The notes beneath the pieces were generated by a model. The model saw only the letters and a list, made by a program, of their open reading frames with translations, made no database searches and had not been told where the DNA came from. From the NCBI GenBank assembly GCA_964539045.1, contig CAZIHW010000117.1, positions 17,230 through 81,229 of the forward strand: a stretch of 64,000 nucleotides of DNA. The letters are read 5' to 3'. A program made the translations under genes and the position numbers. This DNA comes from an uncultured Eubacteriales bacterium (GTDB taxonomy: Bacteria > Bacillota > Clostridia > Oscillospirales > Acutalibacteraceae). Below are positions 55,852 through 64,000 of the stretch, piece by piece (position 1 is the stretch's first letter; every line of letters starts with the position of its first letter).

Positions 55852-56580
55852 ATGACAGTTTTGATAACAGGCGGAGCAGGCGGAATAGGAGCCGAACTCT
55901 GCAGGGAATTTGCAAAGTCCGGTTATAAGGTTGCCATAAACTATTACAAATCTGAAAGTGCGGCAAAGGCACTTGAAGAGGAAATTATATCAACGGGCGG
56001 ATCTGCAAAAGCTTATAAGGCCGATGTTGCAAGTATTTCCGAAGTATCAAAAATGGTAGTTGATATTATGGCTGATTTGGGACATATAGATGTGTTGATA
56101 AATAATGCCGCTATAGCCTATCAGGGTCTTATAACCGATACAACCGATGCTATATATGACAGAATAATGGATGTAAATGTCAAAGGCGCGTTCAATACTA
56201 CAAAAGCTATATTGCCCGGCATGATAAACAGAAAGACCGGTACAATTATAAATGTATCATCTATGTGGGGACAGGTCGGTGCCTCCTGCGAGGTTGTATA
56301 CAGTGCTTCAAAGGCTGCACTTATAGGCTTTACAAAATCATTGGCAAAGGAAGTCGGTCCGTCGGGAATAAGGGTGAACTGTATAGCGCCCGGTATCGTT
56401 GATACCCCGATGAATGAAATGCATTCCGAGGATGTTATTCAGGAACTTTCGGATGAAACGCCGCTTGAGAGAATAGGAACGCCGGCCGATGTTGCAAAAT
56501 CGGCATTATTCCTGGCATCGGACGATGCATCCTTTATTACGGGACAGATTTTGGGTGTCAACGGAGGATTTATCATATGA
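55852..56580 (+). CDS. SDR-family oxidoreductase (FabG-like 3-oxoacyl reductase)
   Basis: [12 protein letters not shown], and the S...YSASK catalytic triad. Confidence 0.85.
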   Translation: MTVLITGGAGGIGAELCREFAKSGYKVAINYYKSESAAKALEEEIISTGGSAKAYKADVASISEVSKMVVDIMADLGHIDVLINNAAIAYQGLITDTTDAIYDRIMDVNVKGAFNTTKAILPGMINRKTGTIINVSSMWGQVGASCEVVYSASKAALIGFTKSLAKEVGPSGIRVNCIAPGIVDTPMNEMHSEDVIQELSDETPLERIGTPADVAKSALFLASDDASFITGQILGVNGGFII

Positions 56581-57011
56581 AAAATATTAAGATTAAGTAT
56601 TTTACGGACAAAATAGAGAAACTTCGCTACATAGACGGAAAATCGGATTGGATAGATTTGAGGTGTGCGGAGGATATAGAGATGGCAAAGGGGGAATGGA
56701 GACTTATCCCCTTAGGCGTGGCAATGCAGCTTCCGGAGGGATACGAGGCTCATGTTGTACCCCGTTCTTCTACATATAAGAATTTCGGTCTGATACAGAC
56801 AAACTCCATGGGTGTTATAGACGCTTCGTACTGTGGAGATAATGACCAATGGTATTGGCCTGCATATGCTTTGAGAGATACTAAGATAAAGGTAAATGAT
56901 CGAATCTGTCAGTTCAGGATAGTTGAGAATCAACCGACCATAGAATTCTGCGAGGTTGAGCATCTTGACGGTGCTGACAGGGGTGGCTTCGGTTCCACGG
57001 GAAAGCAGTGA
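56577..57011 (+). CDS. dut: dUTP diphosphatase
   Basis: Trimeric dUTPase motifs ([32 protein letters not shown]). The ATGA overlaps the upstream stop. Confidence 0.8.
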   Translation: MKNIKIKYFTDKIEKLRYIDGKSDWIDLRCAEDIEMAKGEWRLIPLGVAMQLPEGYEAHVVPRSSTYKNFGLIQTNSMGVIDASYCGDNDQWYWPAYALRDTKIKVNDRICQFRIVENQPTIEFCEVEHLDGADRGGFGSTGKQ

Positions 57012-57127
57012 CAAATTTGCACCGCCGGGCTAAATATCCTACTTTTATAATTCGATGTTGAATATTTTGTAATTACATGTTGCATATAATGCCCCGGTAT
57101 GCTAAAATTCTACCGTAAAATATAAAA

Positions 57128-57352
57128 GTGTCTTGATAGAGGCGCGGGTTCCAATAGTAGTGCATCACAACCTGAACAAAGGGTGATATGCGAAAGGGGA
57201 ATTCGCCGAAGCTTCAAGTGAATTGTTCTTTACTTGTTGCTGGGCCGCTGTAAAATATGCAACGGACTGTCACTTTGTTAAGTGGAGAGCTGTCATTACT
57301 TTGAAACCCTTTTTGGGGTAGTTAAGGTCGTGATAGTGTCACGACCTTTTTT
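57128..57352 (+). promoter_or_regulatory. Lysine riboswitch (L-box) with intrinsic terminator
   Basis: Conserved blocks AGAGGCGC, GGGGAATTCGCCGAAG, GGACTGTCAC and GTGGAGAGCTGTCA, followed by the hairpin AAGGTCGTGA-TAGTG-TCACGACCTT plus a T-run, 30 nt before the NhaC-family gene. Confidence 0.8.
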
Positions 57353-57382
57353 GTTTTGAAAATATTTTAGGAGGAAAACAAT

Positions 57383-59020
57383 ATGAAATTGAAGATTTCA
57401 CAAATCCTTCCGATTGCCTTCATTATCGTGTTTGCGATTGCTTGCGCATTCACCGGATCACCAATGTCTGCAACCGGAACATTGTGGGCACTTCTCCCAC
57501 CGGTAATCGCTATCGGACTGGCCCTGGTTACTAAAGAAGTTTATTCATCATTGTTCATAGGTATAGTAGTGGGAGGTTTGCTTGCAACAGGCTTTAATCC
57601 TGTACATACCGTGGATACCATTGTTACTGAAGGTCTTATTTCCGCTGTTTCAGGCACAGCAGGTATATTCTTGTTCCTTGTCGAACTCGGAATACTCGTT
57701 GCCCTTGTAAATAAAGCGGGTGGTTCTGCGGCCTTTGGTAAGTGGGCTCAGAAACATATCAAGACTCGTGTCGGCGCTATGCTTGCCACATTTGCTCTCG
57801 GTGTGCTTATATTTATCGATGACTATTTCAACTGCCTTACAGTGGGTTCTGTTATGAGACCTGTTACAGACGGTCATAAAATCTCACGTGCAAAGCTTGC
57901 ATTCCTTATCGATGCAACAGCCGCACCGGTTTGTATGATAGCCCCGATTTCTTCCTGGGCTGCAGCAGTTTCTTCGACAGCCTCTGACCTTGGTATAAAT
58001 GGTTTGAAGTTGTTTATAGAAGCTATCCCTTACAACTATTATTCACTTCTCACATTCATATTTATTGTTGCTATTTCTCTTACCCAAATTGACTTCGGCG
58101 CAATGGCTATACATGAGAAAAATGCTAAAGAAAATGGTGACTTGTTTACAACAGGAGCCTTCAAGGGCGAAGAGGTAAAGATTGAAGAGACCAAGGGTAA
58201 GGTAATAGACCTTGTTCTTCCTATAGTTGTCCTCATTGCTACTTGTATCTTCTCACTTATATATGTAGGACGCTCAATAGGTGATGAAGGATTCGCTTCC
58301 GCAAACTATGACCCATCAATCAGTTTCATTGATGCTTTTGCAAACACGGATGCAACTGTCGGTCTTCCTTGGGGCGGACTTGTGGCTCTTGTAATTGCTA
58401 TAATCTATCTTGTAGCCAGAAGAGTTATCTCTTTCAAGGATGCTATGGATTGCATACCTAAGGGATTCAATGCAATGGTTCCTGCTATACTTATTCTCAC
58501 ATTCGCAACAGCACTTAAGAATATGACAGGTCTCCTTGAGGCAAGCACTTTCGTTGCTTCTGTTATGGAAGGTGCTGCAGCCGGACTTGCAAGCCTTCTT
58601 CCGGCAGTTATCTTTATCGTTGCCTGCCTTCTTGCTTTTGCAACAGGTACTTCATGGGGTACTTTCGGTATTCTCATTCCTATTGTTGTTGCTATATTCC
58701 CGGTTGAATCACCGCTCCTTATCATCGGCATCTCTGCTTGTCTCGCAGGTGCTGTATGCGGCGACCACTGCTCACCGATTTCAGATACTACCATCATGTC
58801 TTCTGCAGGTGCTCAGTGCGACCACATCAACCACGTACAGACACAGATACCATATGCTGTGCTTATAGCAGCTGTTTCCTTTGTATCCTATATCCTTGCA
58901 GGATTCATTCAGAATGCTGTAATCAACCTCATTATAGGTATTGTACTTATGCTTGCAGCAGTATTTGCTGTTAAGGCTATTACAGAAAAGAAAGCAGCTC
59001 CGAAAAAGGCTGAGAAATAA
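57383..59020 (+). CDS. NhaC-family Na+/H+ antiporter-like transporter (candidate lysine transporter, given the L-box)
   Basis: 545 aa, polytopic, NhaC-like architecture, under a lysine riboswitch. Confidence 0.75.
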   Translation: MKLKISQILPIAFIIVFAIACAFTGSPMSATGTLWALLPPVIAIGLALVTKEVYSSLFIGIVVGGLLATGFNPVHTVDTIVTEGLISAVSGTAGIFLFLVELGILVALVNKAGGSAAFGKWAQKHIKTRVGAMLATFALGVLIFIDDYFNCLTVGSVMRPVTDGHKISRAKLAFLIDATAAPVCMIAPISSWAAAVSSTASDLGINGLKLFIEAIPYNYYSLLTFIFIVAISLTQIDFGAMAIHEKNAKENGDLFTTGAFKGEEVKIEETKGKVIDLVLPIVVLIATCIFSLIYVGRSIGDEGFASANYDPSISFIDAFANTDATVGLPWGGLVALVIAIIYLVARRVISFKDAMDCIPKGFNAMVPAILILTFATALKNMTGLLEASTFVASVMEGAAAGLASLLPAVIFIVACLLAFATGTSWGTFGILIPIVVAIFPVESPLLIIGISACLAGAVCGDHCSPISDTTIMSSAGAQCDHINHVQTQIPYAVLIAAVSFVSYILAGFIQNAVINLIIGIVLMLAAVFAVKAITEKKAAPKKAEK

Positions 59021-59052
59021 TTCGTAAGCAAGGCAATTCATAAAGTTATTTT

Positions 59053-59086
59053 AAAATCCCCGTCCGATAAGGACGGGGATTTTTTT
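59053..59086. terminator. Bidirectional intrinsic terminator
   Basis: AAAATCCCCGTCC-GATAA-GGACGGGGATTTTTTT. Confidence 0.8.
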
Positions 59087-61208
59087 ATTCTGCACCTCTG
59101 TAGTACAGGCCTCTGGTGAATTCCATTTTGGGTTCAAGTTCGTTTTCGTAAGCTTTGATTACTCCTGACACCTTTTCTTTATCCTCTACAGAGAAGTATA
59201 AAAACAGAAAGTCTGTATTTTTTATCTCATCGAGATGATCAGCCATATATATAGGTCTTGAATTGAAGATTTCGCTGCAACCGTTGTTGCACATAACCGG
59301 GAACTTTATTCCTTTCCTGTCTGTGAGGCGTCGGCTTTGCTTACAGCTTTTACAGTCAGTGCCGTTCTTTATGGGGCAATTTCTGGTAAGCATCAATGGG
59401 AGTCTTCCGTATGCGACTATACCTCTCGGAAGTTTTCCTTTTAAGGAATTTATCTTTTCAAGTTCAAGCTCGGTAGATACAACCGCTGAATGTAGCCTTA
59501 AGCTGTCTTCCTTGTCAAAGGCTTCAAGTGAAAATGAATTATATGCATTGAGAGTAAATCCTCCCATAACCTGCAATTTATGCTTTTTAGCAAGGGCTAT
59601 ACCGTCAAGAGTTCCGGCATAGGCGAATGCAGCCCCGTTTTCACGTGCGGTTTTTATCTTCTTATCGAGCTTTCCTGTATATCCATACAGGGACCTAGGT
59701 ATTTCTATACCGAAGGGTATACCGATTTTTCTCAACCTGGAGAACTTGTCCTCGGGGGTATTCAATGGTACTACTATCGAAGTAATCTTATGATTTGTTC
59801 CTTCTTTGACAAGTTCTTCAAAGTCATTGGGAATCTGATTTACACTCTGAAAACGTACCACTAAATTCTGTCTGTCTGCAGCAGATGAATCGGTTGACTT
59901 TATATGGTCTTCAAGGGACTCCGGATAGAACTGTGTAATATCATTAAACTCCTTGATGAAGGGTTCCGTTATCTTTTGCTCCAATGCGGCGAGTGCTCCT
60001 CTTCTGATGTTGTTGATTTCGGATATCGGTATATTGATACTCTCGTCTATATCTATATCAGTCATCTTAACGTCAAAAGGCGTTCCGCCTGTTTTTTTCA
60101 ATTGAGCACGTATGGTGGAGACCTCCGTACAGTGCTTTATAGACTTTTGTACCTTATAATCAGAAGTCACAAATACCCTGATCTTGCCCGTTGAGGCTGA
60201 TGCCATAAGAGGCTTGTGAAGTTCAGCCTTAAGTGACAAGCTTATGGGTATTGTCTGTGGTTCCTTCTCATATAAGTGGGAGAGCTTTCTAAGTACCGGA
60301 GCGGCGGCGGTGACATCTTCTTTTCCGCGTGTTCCGAACATGGACCGTCCCAATTCTCCCGTAAAATATCCGTCTGTAAAACCGGATCTGGAGAAAACTG
60401 CTTTGAGATCGGACATCATTTCCTGATTTGGTTTTCCCTGTTGTGCATTCTTACAGGCTGTCACCGCAGCAGCGACATATTCCGGACGTTTCATGCGGCC
60501 CTCTATCTTGAAAGAGGATATGCCGAGTTCCTCAAGCTCCGGAATATTGTCGATGAGACAGAGGTCTTTGAGACTTAAATCATAACCTGTACCGCCGGGT
60601 GCGGAAAACGGAAGCCTGCAAGGCTGAGCGCAAAGACCTCTGTTGCCGCTCCGTCCGCCCAACATGCCGGATAGATAACATTGTCCGGAAACGCACATGC
60701 AAAGAGCACCGTGAATGAACATTTCCAGTTCTATTCCGGTGTTGTTTCTTATATCTTTTATCTCATCATATGATAGCTCACGGGGGAGCACAGCCCTTGA
60801 AAAACCCAGCTTTTCAAGTTCCCTGAATCCCGCCGCAGTTGAAACCGACATCTGTGTTGACGCGTGCATCGGCATAGAAGGTGCTACCTCTCTGACAAGC
60901 CGTGCTATGCCTAAGTCCTGTATAATAAATGCGTCTGCACCAAAGGCACAGCCGCATTTAATAAGCTCAAGTGAAGATGGAATTTCGGAATCTGAGATGA
61001 GGGTGTTCAGTGTTATATAGACCTTAACACCTCTGACATGACAGTACTCAATAGCCTGTTTCAGTTCACGGGCACTGAAATTCTCGGCATTTCTTCTGGC
61101 GTTAAAATTGCCTACGCCGAGATATACTGCATCTGCCCCGCATCTCACTGCGGCAGTAAGTGAATCCATACTTCCTGCCGGAGCCAAAATTTCAGCGTTT
61201 TTATTCAT
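59085..61208 (-). CDS. U32-family peptidase-like protein, long form (collagenase-like/RNA hydroxylation-associated family)
   Basis: 707 aa. U32 signature region E.FIHGALCMCVSGQCYLS plus a long C-terminal extension. Confidence 0.8.
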   Translation of the reverse strand: MNKNAEILAPAGSMDSLTAAVRCGADAVYLGVGNFNARRNAENFSARELKQAIEYCHVRGVKVYITLNTLISDSEIPSSLELIKCGCAFGADAFIIQDLGIARLVREVAPSMPMHASTQMSVSTAAGFRELEKLGFSRAVLPRELSYDEIKDIRNNTGIELEMFIHGALCMCVSGQCYLSGMLGGRSGNRGLCAQPCRLPFSAPGGTGYDLSLKDLCLIDNIPELEELGISSFKIEGRMKRPEYVAAAVTACKNAQQGKPNQEMMSDLKAVFSRSGFTDGYFTGELGRSMFGTRGKEDVTAAAPVLRKLSHLYEKEPQTIPISLSLKAELHKPLMASASTGKIRVFVTSDYKVQKSIKHCTEVSTIRAQLKKTGGTPFDVKMTDIDIDESINIPISEINNIRRGALAALEQKITEPFIKEFNDITQFYPESLEDHIKSTDSSAADRQNLVVRFQSVNQIPNDFEELVKEGTNHKITSIVVPLNTPEDKFSRLRKIGIPFGIEIPRSLYGYTGKLDKKIKTARENGAAFAYAGTLDGIALAKKHKLQVMGGFTLNAYNSFSLEAFDKEDSLRLHSAVVSTELELEKINSLKGKLPRGIVAYGRLPLMLTRNCPIKNGTDCKSCKQSRRLTDRKGIKFPVMCNNGCSEIFNSRPIYMADHLDEIKNTDFLFLYFSVEDKEKVSGVIKAYENELEPKMEFTRGLYYRGAE

Positions 61209-61247
61209 TATTTTTCAACTCTTATTTTCGAATCTGTTATAAATTCG

Positions 61248-61607
61248 CTAAAATGAAGTCATTTTTGAACCGTTACCGCGCAGTGCTTGTATCTCTTTGT
61301 TGAGACGCTCTACATCGCGGCGTGCAACTTCGGCCTCCATCTTATATCTTGCTGAATCTTCAAGATATTCTTTGATCTGGCTGCGAAGATTGTCTGCCGT
61401 ATCGGAAGCTTTTTTTGCTACATCAGCGTAATCAAGGGAGGCGAGAATGGCAGCCTGAGTGATGGAAAGACGTGAGTTTTCGTGTACTATTTTAGAAAGT
61501 TTTTCATCAAGAGCATTACCGAGCTCCATTACGTATTTAGGATCGTCATCTGTAGTTATAAAGTAATCATTACCGCAAATGCTGAGTTTAACTTTATTCT
61601 TTTCCAT
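61248..61607 (-). CDS. zapA: Cell division protein ZapA
   Basis: 119 aa. N-terminal beta region (VKLSICGNDYFITTDDDP) plus a C-terminal coiled coil. Confidence 0.75.
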   Translation of the reverse strand: MEKNKVKLSICGNDYFITTDDDPKYVMELGNALDEKLSKIVHENSRLSITQAAILASLDYADVAKKASDTADNLRSQIKEYLEDSARYKMEAEVARRDVERLNKEIQALRGNGSKMTSF

Positions 61608-61863
61608 AACCTTATACCCCTCTTAAAAAAATACTAATAAAAGTATATCACACCGATAATATGAAATAAAGGGGTAATTAGTGAAATAAAGATGTAATTT
61701 ATATAAAGCGACGGCGTTGTGATAGCAGCTATTCTGTGGACTTCCTATACGATAAAGCCACTGCTTATCTGCCTTCGCGGATATTAAGACTCTACATTAG
61801 TGTATGTAAATTGCTTAATAAATGCGAAGGACCAATCATGCCTGCACAACCCTGACTTTTTGA

Positions 61864-61892
61864 TTTGACATGGCTTTTTTGTTAACCTATAA
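61864..61892 (+). promoter_or_regulatory. Consensus sigma-A promoter of mtnN
   Basis: TTGACA, a 17-nt spacer and TATAAT, 32 nt before the ATG. Confidence 0.7.
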
Positions 61893-61924
61893 TCTATTTT
61901 GTTGAAAAGAGGAGGACTTATCCC

Positions 61925-62605
61925 ATGAAAAAAATATTCGGTTTAATTTTCGCTGATGATATGGAGTTTAAACCCTTTTCGGAATATGCATATGAAAACG
62001 GGGGAGAGCTTGTTGCAAAGACCCCGCAGAATGTTATTCGAATGGAAAAAGACGATAGCCTGATATATGGCATAGAGGGTGGAGTAGGAAAGGTGAACTG
62101 CGCTGTGGCAGCACTGGAGCTGATCCGTACATATCACGTAGATAAAATTATGAGTGCCGGACTTTCCGGTGCTGTTTCGGGCCTGGTCAAGGGGGATATA
62201 GTTGCCGGGGATTCTTATGTGGAATGTGACTTTGATATGACAGCTTTAAATTATCCGCTTGGAAAAAAGCCCGACGGAAGTTATATATACTATGCTCCTA
62301 AAGATATGTTAGATGTGGCTTTAAAAATAGACGGCATGAAGAGCGGGCGTGTTGGAACCGGCGATTTCTTTCTTACCGATTCCGAAAAGAAAGCTTTGTA
62401 CAAGGCGGAGTTCTCAGTGAATGCCTTTGATATGGAATCGGCTGCAATTGCAGCTGTTTGCGACAAGTATAAGATCCCTTTCATGTCCATCAGAAAAATA
62501 TCCGATGACGCCGATGACGCTGCGACTGAATCCTACAGAGAAATAAATAATCTCTGTGAGAGGAACCTCACAGAGACTTTAATGGAAGTAATTGAGCTGC
62601 TATAA
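61925..62605 (+). CDS. mtnN: 5'-methylthioadenosine/S-adenosylhomocysteine nucleosidase
   Basis: PNP_UDP_1 fold motifs (GGVGKVNCA, FDMESAAIAAVC, SIRKISD). Confidence 0.8.
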   Translation: MKKIFGLIFADDMEFKPFSEYAYENGGELVAKTPQNVIRMEKDDSLIYGIEGGVGKVNCAVAALELIRTYHVDKIMSAGLSGAVSGLVKGDIVAGDSYVECDFDMTALNYPLGKKPDGSYIYYAPKDMLDVALKIDGMKSGRVGTGDFFLTDSEKKALYKAEFSVNAFDMESAAIAAVCDKYKIPFMSIRKISDDADDAATESYREINNLCERNLTETLMEVIELL

Positions 62606-64000
62606 CTGTAATATCGTCAGTTGAACTGTCTTTTTCAAATGCATTTGTAGCGATCCGCTTTGCCAGATTTTCCATGCTGCTTCCACGGTAGTATGAGAGC
62701 TGTTTTGCAATTTGCAATTCATCTCCTATCCAGATTCCGTCGCTTGACATGAGAACGATATCGTACTCCGACAGGGTAGCACTTGCGTGCGAGAACTCTA
62801 CATTGCCCAGGATACCGATCGGCAATGCAACTCTATCAAGTTTTACAACCTTTTCCCCGTGTCGTACTAAAGTGGCGGCGGCGCCTGCTTTATAAAAATC
62901 TGCTTTACCGGTGCTTAAGTCAATGCATGCCATATCTATTGTGGACAGTGTTTCATCACCTGAATTTGCCAGTATCGCGGAATTCGTTATGTTTATAGCG
63001 CTTTCAAAGTCTATTCCTTCTTTGAGAAGGCTTGAGAGTATCTCTACCGACATTGTACTCCCGATAGCTGCGGCTGAGCCTGTTCCCATACCGTCGCTGA
63101 GCATTATAACAAATTTATCATTTGATGTTTTGAAGGTTGTAAAATAATCTCCGCTCCTATGATTGCACTTTGCTGACAATTGATGTGCGCCCAGGTTTAC
63201 TTCGTATAATTCCCCATATTCATCGGGGGACACTGTGTTATTCATAGCCTCGGCTTCCAGTATGTCGGACAAATTAAGGATCAGATTGCCGGTATCGGAA
63301 ATCTGCTTTGACACTACATTTCTCATTTGTGCTGCAGATATGTCTTCCGGAAACATGTCTGTGGTTTTTTCGGAAACACGATCCAGCAAATCAGATACCT
63401 TGCCTATGGTTGTCCCTATAGAGCTCAGCTTATTCCTTATCATGGTTTCGTAGTTGTAATTGCTATCTTCCTTTGGGAAAATTATTTCGTTTATATTTTT
63501 TGTAATTGAAGTGGGCAGGCCGAGGTATATTATTGCCGCAACAATATATGAAACCAATACTTTTGGACTTTCCGCCCCGAGGGTTACGATAACGGCGGCC
63601 AATACTCCGAATGCGCAATTGTAATATTTTTTATCGGGGTTGCATATGATTAAAAATATGTAGCAACAGCATACCAGTGAGAGGTTAATATACCATATTT
63701 CCAACCGGGAGAGTGCCAGCAGAACAAGTGTCAGCGATACTATTATCGAGGTCTTGTCTTTATTCTGAAAAGCATTACAAAAAAAGTAGGCGGCACCTGC
63801 AGACAATACTGCCTCAAAGATGTAGATCAGTACATCAGTCAATACGAAGTGTGTAGATATAACTACAGTTAATGCAGTGACTATGCAGGAAATTCCCGTT
63901 AAAGCAGACACAAAAATGGGACTGTAAGTGTTTTTCTTGTCCTTTAAAGCCCCGCGTATGACCAGTATTGTAAAAAGTGTAGCTACATACCTCAGCGGTA
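62568..64000 (-). CDS. spoIIE: Stage II sporulation protein E (PP2C phosphatase), C-terminal part; the ORF stays open to the window end
   Basis: Multiple TM segments followed by a PP2C domain (SGDYFTTF...LSDGMGTGSAAA...SSDGIW...DDITVIA). My own translation shows the frame remains open upstream of the GTG at 63911 through to 64000. Confidence 0.85.
   Translation of the reverse strand, partial: PLRYVATLFTILVIRGALKDKKNTYSPIFVSALTGISCIVTALTVVISTHFVLTDVLIYIFEAVLSAGAAYFFCNAFQNKDKTSIIVSLTLVLLALSRLEIWYINLSLVCCCYIFLIICNPDKKYYNCAFGVLAAVIVTLGAESPKVLVSYIVAAIIYLGLPTSITKNINEIIFPKEDSNYNYETMIRNKLSSIGTTIGKVSDLLDRVSEKTTDMFPEDISAAQMRNVVSKQISDTGNLILNLSDILEAEAMNNTVSPDEYGELYEVNLGAHQLSAKCNHRSGDYFTTFKTSNDKFVIMLSDGMGTGSAAAIGSTMSVEILSSLLKEGIDFESAINITNSAILANSGDETLSTIDMACIDLSTGKADFYKAGAAATLVRHGEKVVKLDRVALPIGILGNVEFSHASATLSEYDIVLMSSDGIWIGDELQIAKQLSYYRGSSMENLAKRIATNAFEKDSSTDDITVIAAQLLPLKSL

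Noticed and set aside
1-64000. CRISPR arrays, IS elements or transposases, prophage genes, toxin-antitoxin pairs, restriction-modification or other defence systems
   Set aside because: I looked through all ORFs and intergenic repeats. No regularly spaced repeat arrays, DDE or serine/tyrosine recombinases, or recognisable defence-gene motifs were seen.

Overview
This 64-kb segment looks like core chromosome of a low-GC, spore-forming Firmicute. A Clostridia assignment rests on spoIIR, spoIIE, CIRCE-hrcA-grpE-dnaK-dnaJ, rny-ymdB, asp23-yloV-recG and trmK-nif3; any family-level guess would be weak. I can support about 60 protein-coding genes, one tRNA-Thr(CGU), three riboswitches, a perfect CIRCE operator, several near-consensus sigma-A promoters and a set of intrinsic terminators. 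The riboswitches are SAM-I before metK, FMN before an ECF riboflavin S-component, and a lysine L-box before an NhaC-family transporter. I see no CRISPR array, IS element, integrase, prophage block or recognisable defence gene, and most of the window is housekeeping. The best candidate for an undescribed system is the tightly coupled operon at 45.8-52.9 kb. It encodes a transglutaminase-like lipoprotein, a GspF/PilC-like platform protein, four small N-terminally anchored proteins, a PilT-type ATPase and an ABC-F ATPase, and it is divergent from a class B sortase. The four small proteins carry degenerate class-III (prepilin-like) leaders with Ser instead of Gly at position -1. The window contains no PilB/GspE-type assembly ATPase, no prepilin peptidase and no canonical pilin. 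Secondary leads: (1) an orphan LytTR regulator divergent from a sigma factor coupled to an FHA protein; (2) a perfect 25-bp palindrome on a consensus promoter before a LysM/G5/M23 peptidase; (3) a small REP-like palindrome family at gene ends, one copy possibly split around an AT-rich orphan sensor-like ORF next to the tRNA; (4) many 12-22-bp tandem duplications in intergenic DNA; (5) a roughly 150-nt structured intergenic region. All functional calls come from motif recognition by eye. No homology search, HMM scan or RNA covariance model was run.
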